Source: Entomortierella parvispora E1425 (taxonomy: Eukaryota > Fungi > Mortierellomycota). From it: a stretch of 64,000 nucleotides of DNA. The notes beneath the pieces were generated by a model that did no database searches, was not told the DNA's origin, and saw only the letters and a program-made list of their open reading frames with translations. The first letter of the stretch is position 1. Each line of letters begins with the position of its first letter. Where the stretch lies: positions 1,302,001 to 1,366,000 of the forward strand of contig BQFW01000010.1 of the NCBI GenBank assembly GCA_020891255.1. The letters run 5' to 3'. The position numbers were made by a program, and so were the translations under genes. Shown here in pieces: positions 24,389 to 34,900 of the stretch.

Positions 24389-26193
24389 AGCGAGAGCGAG
24401 AGGAGAGGGATTGATCACTCTGAGCCAACGACGGCCAAGATGCCCCCACTTTATCAAACTCTTTGCTTGAAAGATAGCACCGACAGACCCGAACCCTGCT
24501 TTTCAGGCTGGGTTTCTGGGACGTGACCATTTCGTGTCGCATCGAAATTCCCCCTGTCACACAGTGGCACGGCACCGCAGTCAGGATTTCTTTGCTTCTC
24601 CTTTCTCATCTCCCATCCATAGGTCGGCACTCTCCTTCAGCTTTAGTTATAGAACGCTCTGTAGGAGCAATTCTGCATCGAGATCTCATACCAGCACCAT
24701 TGCCGGCCATGTTAGCTGGTCTGACTCTTCCTTGCAAACCAGGGGAGACCCCCTTCCCTCAGCCAACCGAAGAGATTTGGTAATCTTTCCGCTCCTCAGA
24801 GCCACAGCCATGGTATGGTATGACGTTATATTATAATCCTTCATCAAACACTGCGCATCTGCACCCACTGCCAACGCAGTAACTTTCAGTGCAATACAAT
24901 CTAGGTCAACGGAAAAAAAAACGTAGATATCGTATTGCGTTCTGTTCCACTCTTTGTGCACTGCACGTCTGATCATTAACTCTCAGCTCAGCCCTCATCT
25001 GCTGAGAAATAGGCAAAGAAATTCAGGTAGTCTAAAGCCGATATCCCTCTAAGGGCGATATAGGTCTAGTCTCTGACAAACCGTCTGAGAACAGGAGAAG
25101 ACAAGAACGACAAAGTTGACAACTTTGACGAGGATGCAAACTAAAAGTCTTAACGCCACTCATGAAAAGGGCTGACTTTCTTGAAATAGGGCCTGTGGAT
25201 GGTGCTCACAGCCTTTCAAATGAACGACGGTCATCATATCAGACCCCATTCTGTGGAATCAGTCGGCCGTTTTACAATGGCTCTTCGATGCATGGTAGCC
25301 TCCTTCCCCGGCAATACTTGAAGCCACGATACTGATTCAAGCGGATAACCCCTGCTACATCAAAATAGAACTGCAAAGAGGAAGTAGCTAGTCTACTGAA
25401 AAAGCATTCAGCATTGACGTTGATATTATGGAATGTCTAAAGGTCATCACCCGAAGAAGGAATATACCGCTTCTCAAGATATCAAGTCATAGCCCGTCTC
25501 CAGATACCTTGTTCCTGTGCCTGGATGGCAATCCCAGTCAAGTGAAGGAGATTGAAAAGCAATGGTGCCTTAAAGGGAAAGAGGCTACTCGGGATGATGT
25601 CCATTCTATCCGAGGTAAGGCTAGTAATCCCCCGCAACCTTCCTATTGTTCAAGGCACAGAGGTGGTTGGCTCTGAAAACGGCATCCAACAATATCTAAT
25701 GAGTTACTAAAAGAACGCGACCTCGTTCTCAAAAAGATCAACTGGTTGTAATAGGCCTGTCTCCATTGACCAGCACACTGTAAGAATAATGGGATATGAG
25801 GCCTGACGCAACGATCTGCACCATGTCGGTCTAATATTGACATCCGCTTGAAGCAAGAGCTCGCAGTAGTCAATCTTCTCAAGTGCCGTAGATATTGATA
25901 TCATCGACCCTTTCAGAGGGTACTGTAAAGCCGCCAATAAATGGCAAAAAAGCAATACTTGGATCTCAATTCACAGCATGCATACTTGTCGCTCCAATAA
26001 ACATGCAGACGACAATGTTGACCATCCCAGAAGAGTATGGGTCTTTTTTTTTTTTTTGATGTTGAAAATGACGCGTTGCAACTGTATTCGAAAGGGTAAT
26101 TTGGCACAAAGAAGTATTCCTTTTGTTTTTTTGGGGGGGTTCTTTTTTTCTTTTCTTGAAAAAGAAAAAGACGTCTAAATGTCTGTCTTTTTT

Positions 26194-27505
26194 TTAGTTC
26201 TTGGAGCTGGAGACGAAACCGGCACCCTTGTAGCTCTCGGAAGAAACACCAGTGATGGGGTTGATCTTGTTGGCACGAGCGTACTCGTTGGAGGCCTCCT
26301 GCCACTCCTTGGTCATGGTAGAGGGCTTCTCGCCACCTATGAACAATTCCCAAAAAAAAAAAAAAAAAAAAAATCTCGATTAGTAAATGAAACGAAGAAG
26401 ATCCTGAGAAAAGAACTGTCGGTCGGTCAAGTCAGCAGGTGTGACAGATCACTTTGCTCCATGATCCATAGAGTCCCATAGCTCCGCTGAACATCTCCTT
26501 TGCTTAAACGGTCGACAATTGAATGGTCCATGATTCCAATTGAAAGCGGCGATTTGATATAACGTACCCTTGGCACGGATCCAAAGGAAGAGACCACCAG
26601 CGGCGGCAACAACAGCGGCAGTTCCGGCAAGGACCTTGAGGCCGTGGTTAGGTCCGGTCAAGGGGGTACGGGCACCGTGGGGGCCGAAAGCAACCCAGTA
26701 GGCTAGTTGTGTTTGAAAACAGAGAGTTTTTTTTAGTCAGAGTGGCCAGCAAAATAAATAAATAAAAAATGAGTCGTGGATCCATATCGGATATCCATAT
26801 CGGAGCAGCGCGTTTCGCTTTTGTCATTCCAGCTGCAGAGCATCCAGAGGGCGTTGTGGTGGACAGGAAGACACATAATAATTTCAAGGAGCGCGTCGGA
26901 GCAGTGGTGGGGCGCTGATCTGTCTTTTCTCCTGGTGGTGGTGATGGCGTTTCCCGTGGCGTGTTCCGTCTTTGAATCCGGAAGTGCTCTGATTCGGTGG
27001 ATGGTGTGGTTCCTTGGCGGACGACATCCGACAGTTTTACGATGGAGCTCCTTCGGAAAGAGTCCGGAAAAATCCCAAGAAAAAAAACACGCGCATCCGA
27101 TCAAGGGGGACGACTGTGAGCTTGTAATTCAAGATTGCATCTCCTTTCGGAGGGTTTTTTGTCCTGGATTTCCGGGCCGCGATGACCTTGTCGTGAGAAA
27201 GGCAGCAGGCCCGACTGGATGAAGACGCGTCGGATGCTGTGTCCTGATTGATAGAGAAAGCAAAGGAGGAGAAGGAGGGGAACAAAGAGTAAAGCATTAC
27301 CAGCCTTCTTCTGCTCAAGGGTCATCTTGGACCAGTCGCCGGCCTGGGCGGCCTCCAACTGCTTGGTGAGGGAACCCTGCTCCTGGGCAGAGAGAGTCTT
27401 CCAGCGCAACTCCAAGTTGGCGAGGGGGATGGACTCGGAGGAGGCGGTGGAGGCGAAGCGACGCTGGGTGGCGCGGACAGCGGGACGGGCAAGGGTGCGA
27501 ATCAT
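26194..27505 (-). CDS. COX5: Cytochrome c oxidase subunit IV family (fungal Cox5), three exons
   Basis: Mitochondrial presequence, then LELRWKTL..GDWSKMTLEQKKA|AYWVAFGPHGAR..|..TMTKEWQEASNEY..INPITGVSSESYKGAGFV. Confidence 0.93.
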
Positions 27506-28657
27506 TGTGCGAACGGGGAGAGGAGAACAAGGAAGGATTGATTAATGGAAGTGGGCACGCTGCCTTTCTTTGGGTTGTCCGCCTCAAGGCTCCGAAAAGA
27601 AAACTCTTGATGAAATGTGCCCTGCGTCACCGGAAGTTCTTTATCGCTTTTCTAATTTATTTTTATTTCTTGATCCTCACCAGCGCGTCCTTCTGAGCTG
27701 CGACCGTCCCTCCTGTGGCGTGTTCTGACAAGAGTCAGTATCGCAGGAGAGGAGACTCTTGGGTAGCAAGAGAAACTATAAAAAAACAATGCATCCTGAC
27801 CTCAAAAGAGGTATTGTGAGAACGCGGTCGTTTGTCATGGGTCACAAACATCGTCGTCCCTGGACTTCTTGACGGCAATTGAGGATAGGTGAACAAAAAT
27901 GAGTCTAGAGAGCGCATCTTTGCTGTGCTTGGCACGAGCTATCATGTTGTTATACTCCCTGGTCAGGGTGGGGACAACTGCTTCTAGTTGGTGCATTTCC
28001 GCATCCCAGTTCTAGAGTTCTAGGTAATTCATACTCCAATTGGAAAAGGAGCAAGATCTAAACGTTTCTATCGGATCTCAGCAAGTCAAAGGCAATTATC
28101 AAGACTCTCCTGAACGAGCTGCTGTTCACAGGACGAGACAATTAACGAGGACACCTCAGATCGAATGCTTGTCTATTCCAAGCTGTGGTTCGAATCGATC
28201 GACTGATGTCATTTCAGCGGTCAGATCTGCAGAGGATCTATGGCGTACCAGCTCCTGCTCAAATTGAGCAAACGGCGAGGATCATTTGCTGGTCAACTCG
28301 CTCTACAGTCTCAATGTGCTCATTCATGTATCTAGTGAAGCTGTGCTAGCAGCTACTGCAACGCGAAAATTCCGAGTATGAGCCCTTTTTCAGCCATAAA
28401 GATGTTTGGATAAATAAAAGACTCGTTTGCATCCAGTTCCTGTATCAAGCTCGTTCGCTTTATGAAAAATAAAGTGTCGATAAATCTTTCGACTAGGCAC
28501 TAGGGACATTCAATGGACAAGATTGCTTCCCCTGCCCTCTCTGACACAATTTGAAGAAAACAAAAAATCAAAGACATACGGAAAAATGAAGCGCAAACGT
28601 TTAATTCTATGATGAAGGGTAGGGATGAGGGTGGTCTTATTATGTCGAGCGGATCGC

Positions 28658-29500
28658 CTATGCGGTCGCCCCAGGAGCAGCCGCAGCGGGTGGGGGGATC
28701 ACGGCCTCGACCGCCTTCTTCTCAACAGCAGCAACAACGGGGGCAGCACCTGGGATAGCGCGGGGGATCTTGGGGGGCTTGACCTGATCAGCCTTGACCA
28801 CAAACTCGACTGCCACGGGCATCTTGGCCGCAGCCAATCTCAAAGCCTCCTTGGCGTGCTCACGACGGATACCGCCTCCACCAATCTCAAAGACAATCCT
28901 GTTGATACCCACACGGGTCGCATAGTAATCCACGGATCCCTTTCCTTTACCCATACGACTCTCTCCTCCTTTTGAGGTGACGGGAATATCGGGGAAGACT
29001 CGGGTCCAGATCTGAGATCCCTTGACCGTCTTGATCTTACGACGGATCGTGGTATGGGCGGCCTGGATCTGCTTGGCCGTCAAACGAGCACCCTCCTTGA
29101 TACGGAGACCGTACTCTCCAAACTCGACAAAGGTACCCTTGGTCGATCCACCGATAGGGATTGGGATCTTGCCCTTGTGCTTTTTACGATACTTCATCCT
29201 CTTGGGCTGCAAACTGTTGAAACGACGTTGCGTCTTGTTCATGGGAGTAGCCAGGGAACGAATGTTCAGTGGGTTATGGTGAAGAGAGGAGGAGACGAGG
29301 GGAGAGGCATTGTGGCGGATGGAGAGAGGGGTGGTAGTGGAGACAGCGCCAAAGGAAAAGTTGCGGACGAATTGTGATGGTTTCGTGACGGAGGCAAATG
29401 CTGTGGATGTGGAGGAGGATGCAGAGAGAAGGGAGGAGGAAGGGCGAGCGGCACTGAGGAGGAGCGGTGTCCTTGACAAGGCCCGGAAGAGGGAAGCCAT
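28658..29500 (-). CDS. MRPL16: Mitochondrial ribosomal protein uL16m
   Basis: PKRMKYRKKHKG, FGEYGL, RVFPDIPVTSK..RMGKGKG motifs after a Ser-rich presequence. Confidence 0.95.
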   Translation of the reverse strand: MASLFRALSRTPLLLSAARPSSSLLSASSSTSTAFASVTKPSQFVRNFSFGAVSTTTPLSIRHNASPLVSSSLHHNPLNIRSLATPMNKTQRRFNSLQPKRMKYRKKHKGKIPIPIGGSTKGTFVEFGEYGLRIKEGARLTAKQIQAAHTTIRRKIKTVKGSQIWTRVFPDIPVTSKGGESRMGKGKGSVDYYATRVGINRIVFEIGGGGIRREHAKEALRLAAAKMPVAVEFVVKADQVKPPKIPRAIPGAAPVVAAVEKKAVEAVIPPPAAAAPGATA

Positions 29501-29862
29501 GGCGATTGTGTCTGGATGGATGGATGGATGGACGGACGAACAGACAAGAATGCGGGACTCAATCCACATGAACTGCGAGAGGTTGGCCCTGAGTCCGAGC
29601 GCCACCATTAATTATTGGGTGACTGCCCCATGGACTCTGCAGAGCCGAGAGTGTGGGTGAGTGTAAACAACAGATTGACGCTGCACATGCAGGGTGTGCT
29701 TCCGGTGACATAATTACAGCGCCTTTTGTGCGGTGCACCAACAGTGACGTCATCTTATGCCACTCTAACGGGGTGGCCCCTGAAGAAAAAAAATCTTTTT
29801 GTCCCACAGGGTTTTGTTTTCTTTCCCCTCCACCCCACTCCAACCTTTAACCCTTTTCAGCC

Positions 29863-31474
29863 ATGTCTTTCCGTCCCCCTCGCACCTGCTACACCTGCGG
29901 CCAACGTACGTATTGAAAGAATGATGATGAGCGAGACTTGATCCCTGTCCGTTCCTGTCTTGGGGACATGATCCCTTTCTTATGGAAGAGGGTCATGAAC
30001 TCGGATGTCGGCTCAGGAGAAGAGTCTCGTCTTTGGTGAAGTTGGTGGTGCAGTCGGAGGAGTAGTATGGAGGTGGTGAAGTTGTTGTTGTAGTTGGAGT
30101 TGGAGTTGGTGAGGTTGGTCTGTTGGTGGTAGTTGGATCTCCTCTCCCTTCTCTCTTCCCGTCCCATTCGCCGTTCGCCTGGATGGCCCGACACTCGCTC
30201 GACAATGACTCGCTCTTTGAGTGTGCTACGCCTTCGCCATCGCAGCAGGATCTCTCCAGCGGCTTGTCTTCTCGAGTTTCAAAAACGGTCTGAATCTGTT
30301 TCCGTCTTGGCGTCAGCTGCTCCACCTTCGTTCACTTGACCAGTGAACGTTGTCTGGCTTCTGAAGCGAGGATGGCAAGCAGCCTACGAAGTCTTTTGCA
30401 TATCGGGAATCCCGCAGCAGTCAGCCGACAGAGTCACCCAGTGGGCCTCCTCCTGACTGGAGTTTCAGGGTCTCTTGCCAGGTCTCTCTTGCTTGACTTC
30501 CCTCTATCATTCGAATATGGAAAAAAGTCCTTGTTCAATCAAATAAAGCGAGGCGAGGATGAGGAGGTGTATTTACCACATTTTACTCTAATCTAATGCC
30601 CCGCTTATCAGGCCTTCAGGAGGAGGAGAAGGAGGGAGAGTCGTTGCCGTAGTTGGAGGTGTTCTTGGGAGGTGTACTACGAACGATGATGATGATGATG
30701 TCCTGCCTTGCTGATCCATATCCTGTTCTCTTTCCTTTCTCTATACTTCTATGATCTGCGTTGCTCTCTTTTCACTTTCGAAATGTGCGTATTCTGATTT
30801 GCTCTGTCATGTCGTGAAACTTGTCTTGCCTGCTGTGCTCCCTATCCCCCGTGGTTCTTTTGCATGCATGCCTCATTGCTCATGATACACAGCTGGCCAC
30901 CAGGCCCGTGACTGCCAGTCCGCTGGTACCCCTCTCTGCTACAACTGCGGAGAGTCTGGTCACATCTCCCGCGACTGCACCGGTGAGCGCAAGGAGAAGT
31001 CCTGCTACAAGTGCAACCAGGTCGGTCACATCTCCCGCGACTGCCCCTCCGCCCCCGCTGAGGGTGCTGGCCCCGAGTGCTACAAGTGCGGCAAGGCCGG
31101 TCACATCTCCCGCAACTGCCCCGAGGGTGGTTTCCAGGGTGGTGAGCGTCCCCAGCGCACTTTCCGCGACAACAACAACCAGGGCAAGACCTGCTACACC
31201 TGCGGTGGTTTCGGCCACATGTCTCGCGACTGCAACCAGGGTGCCAAGTGCTACAACTGCGGCAACTCTGGCCACATCTCCCGCGAGTGCCCTGAGGAGC
31301 GCAAGGAGAAGGCTTGCTACAAGTGCAACGAGGTCGGCCACATCGTAAGTTCTTTATTCCATCTTTTTTTTGTCTTGATAATTTTGTTTTATTTTTATTT
31401 TTGTATCCGATATTGACCTCTCTCTCCTCTTCTTCCTTCCCTCCTAGTCCCGCGACTGCCCCCAGCAGGCTTAA
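29863..31474 (+). CDS. GIS2: Seven-CCHC zinc-knuckle RNA-binding protein (Gis2/Byr3/CNBP family); exon 1 29863-29905, 987-nt intron, exon 2 from 30893
   Basis: MSFRPPRTCYTCGQ|PGHQARDC followed by six more CxxCxxxGHxSRxC knuckles. Confidence 0.93.
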
Positions 31475-31942
31475 ATTCGTCTTTGTAAATTTTCTCCAAG
31501 AAAGACCTTTTCAATGTTCTAGAACAGAGAGAGGCCTCCCAAGTGTTGCGAGTTGGAAGAAACGAGTTTTTTTTTAAACCAAAAAAGAAATATTTTGATA
31601 TCATCTGGATAAAATAAATCTCCAAACGTGTTGATACCTATCTACCTGCCTACCAGCTCTTTTCAGGACTGTGCTCCCTCGTCTTTGACAAATGGATTCT
31701 TTAGATGGATGACGGGACCCATGATTTTCTCAAGGCAAAGTTTGCGGACCAAATTCCAACATGGTGTTGGTGGACACTTCTCGGCGTTTGCACAGAGCAC
31801 TCCTCCTGTTCCTCTCGATCGACGTCCTTCCACTCTGTCACAATCGATACTTCTCCTGTGGGGGGTTTTTTTTTCTTCTTTTATTTGTAAATCATTGTCC
31901 TCGATTTATTTTCATTGTTGGCCAACAGCCTCTCCTTTGAGC

Positions 31943-34900
31943 TCAAGAAGACTGCGACCGGCCAACGGCACTCCTTTGCTTCAGCAGCCGTAAGTTTGTC
32001 CTACTCAGATTTCGAACATCATTGATAATAGCGTTCGATAGAACAAGTGTATCTGGGGTTGACCGCCAGTTTAGGCGCACTTCAGCTTGCTCTCCATCGT
32101 GCACAACCTTCCATGAGTTAATAGACCTAGCACCATCGCCAACTACGAGACCCATGTCATCGCCAGTATGTTTCCAAGCAACGCTGTAGACGATATCCTG
32201 CAAATCGCTGTCCAATACAAGCAGACATTCTCCCGAATTCGCATCCCACAGCCGCACAGTCTTGTCCTCGCTTCCTGAGGCGATCCAGAGATCGTTAGGT
32301 GAGTAGGCAACTGAAGTGACATGCCAAGTATGACCCCTCAAGGACGATACAATTGTACCTATCCTTGTATCCCATATTATCACAGTTGTGTCATAACTGC
32401 CAGAGGCAATATGGTGGCCACTGGGTGAGTACGACACTGAAGTGACTCTATTGGTATGCCCTTCCAAAGTAAACGCAAGAGTGCCAGCCTCTGCATCCCA
32501 AAGTCGAACGGTGTTGTCCGCACTGCTCGATGCAATCTGGAGGCCATTAGGTGAGTACGCCACGGACATAACACTGTTGGTGTGGTCACTCAAGGATATG
32601 AAGGCGCCGGTCTTTGGATTCCATAGTCGTACTGTCTGGTCCCAGCTCCCGGAGGCAATCTGGTGGCCGCTGGGTGAAATTGCCACAGACGTGACTTTGT
32701 CAAGATGACCCTCCAATGAGGAGATAAAAGCGCCAGTGTGTGCATCCCACAGACGCACCGTCTTGTCGTAACTACCCGAGGCGAGCTGGTGACCGCTGGG
32801 TGAGTACGCAACAGAAGTAACCTTGTGATCGTGGCCTCTCATTAATGAGATTTGCTCCCCAGTTTTGGCATTCCAGAGACGTATGCTGTTGTCCCAACTG
32901 CCTGAGGCGATCTGCAGGCTGTTGGGTGAGAATGCCAAAGAAGCGACACTATGGGTATGGCCATTTGTAGAAGAGGCGAGAGCGCTAGTGTGTGCATCCC
33001 AGAGTCGTACAGTCCAGTCGAAACTTCCCGAGGCGATCAGGCGACCGCAGGGGGAATAAGACACAGAGGTTATGCCATTGGTGTGGCCGCTCAAGGTAGA
33101 GAGAGGCGTGCCTGTCTGTGCATCCCAGAGTCTCACTGTTTTGTCCGTACTTCCAGAGGCGATCTGGTGTCCATTGGGAGAGTATGCCACCGAAGTGACT
33201 CTGCCGGTATGGCCACTCAATGCAAGGATAAAAGCGCCAGTCTGCGCATTCCACAGTCTCACAGTCTTGTCATAACTGCCTGAAGCGATCTGGTGGCCAA
33301 TGGGCGAATACGCCACAGAAGTGACCCTCTCCGAATGTCCCTTCAAGGAAAAGGTAAGATCTTCTGTCTTCGTATCCCACAGTCGTACTAGCCAGTCATA
33401 GCAGCCTGAGGCGATCTGGCAGCCACTTGGTGAATATGCCACCGAACTGACAAAGCTACTGGCATCAAAGGACGAAACAGGCAGGCCAGTTTGTGTATTC
33501 CACAGTCGCACGTTCTTGTCCTCGCTTCCTGAGGCAATACGACAGCCGTTGGGAGAGTACGCCAAGGAAGTGACTCTGGCATTATGGCCATTTAAGGAAA
33601 AGTGAACGGCGCGGGTCTGTGCATCCCAGAGTTCAACGGTATGACCACTAGCTGAGGCGGTCTGGTGGTCATTGGGTGAGTGTGCGATAGCCGTGAAGTC
33701 GCTTGTGTTCCATGGAAGGACCTCCTTCATCCATGTTGCTGTATCGTACTTGAGACTTTGGCCACTTTTAAGACCAACATCCAAGTGTTTCCCATCTGGT
33801 GAGAACACACAATACTGCACGACTCTCAGCACCTTGAGACACGGATACTCGCCAAACGTTACTCCATCCATAGTGGAATGACTCAAGTTAGCCTGGTGCA
33901 ACCAGACATTTCGAAGGACGGTGTTACTCAAATCCGCGTTTTGAAGCTTAGCCGAATCAAAGTTACCACCGCTTAGATCGGCACCAGGGACCCGAATGCC
34001 TCTCAAATCTGCACCATTAAACTGTTTTCCAGCTCGAACCAAGATTGTGATCGCATTGGATGATGCATGACGGAAGGACGGTTCAAACTTGGAGCGCTGG
34101 ATAAGTTCATCGAGATGGCCCTTGAATTTGATATCGCAGCGGACACGTTCAGCAAGGAACTGGAGAATGGCTGGCTTCTTGCTAAGCGTCTGTCGACTCA
34201 ACGGGTGATCACTAGAGGAGACAGAGTCCGCAGCATGGGACGAGTGATCTGTGGAATGGAACAATGGCAGTCCTTTCTTGGGGTCGTATATCGAAAGAGC
34301 GTAGAAGTATTCCAGAATAGATGAATGACTGAATTTGAAAGTATCCATGCTCCCAGTTGAATATCCCTTGCCACTGGTCTGATCTGGGTTGTCTGGAGTA
34401 CAAGTGCGGCGGATCAATTGACATGCCTCCATCAGCAGTTGGGTCCTAGGTTCGATACCAAAAAAATCCCGCTTCCATGACTCCTTGTCCGCTATACTCC
34501 AATATTCCACGGAATTGTTACCGTCTTGCTTGTCAAAGATCGCGTTCGCGAGTCGCTTTGAGAAATCGATACCACGTTCGATGAAGTTGGGCCCCTCTAT
34601 TTCTTGGAAGACCGCAAGGCGATTGGAATCCATCTTGATTCTGGATCGCCGTTCTATCAGTCGCTTCTGCTCGTTCCTGTAATGCAAACCAACAAACTCG
34701 TCGTAGAGCTCAACACGTGTCATTTGACTGGTCGTTCCGGCGACTACAGGAAGAATCTCCAAGATCATGCTGAGCATGAATGGATTCTTGATAAGATCCA
34801 TGACATGGGTGATTTTTTTGAGTCGTTCTAAGTACTGGTCCTTTGTCCATCGCGCTCTGTTGCCGTTGGTCTCTGTGTTCTCTGTGTACTTTGAGATGTA

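Noticed and set aside
25000-25960. Remnant F-box/LRR or ankyrin gene
   Set aside because: Only vague protein-like fragments with many stops; no family can be supported.
29921-29930. C-box (ATGATGA) of an intronic C/D snoRNA in GIS2
   Set aside because: No D box (CTGA) at a plausible distance and no terminal stem.
30880-31341. 153-aa minus-strand ORF and 175-aa alternative-frame ORF
   Set aside because: Shadows of the repetitive GIS2 knuckle exon.
32380-33881. Repetitive short ORFs in other frames
   Set aside because: Shadows of the WD40 repeat array.
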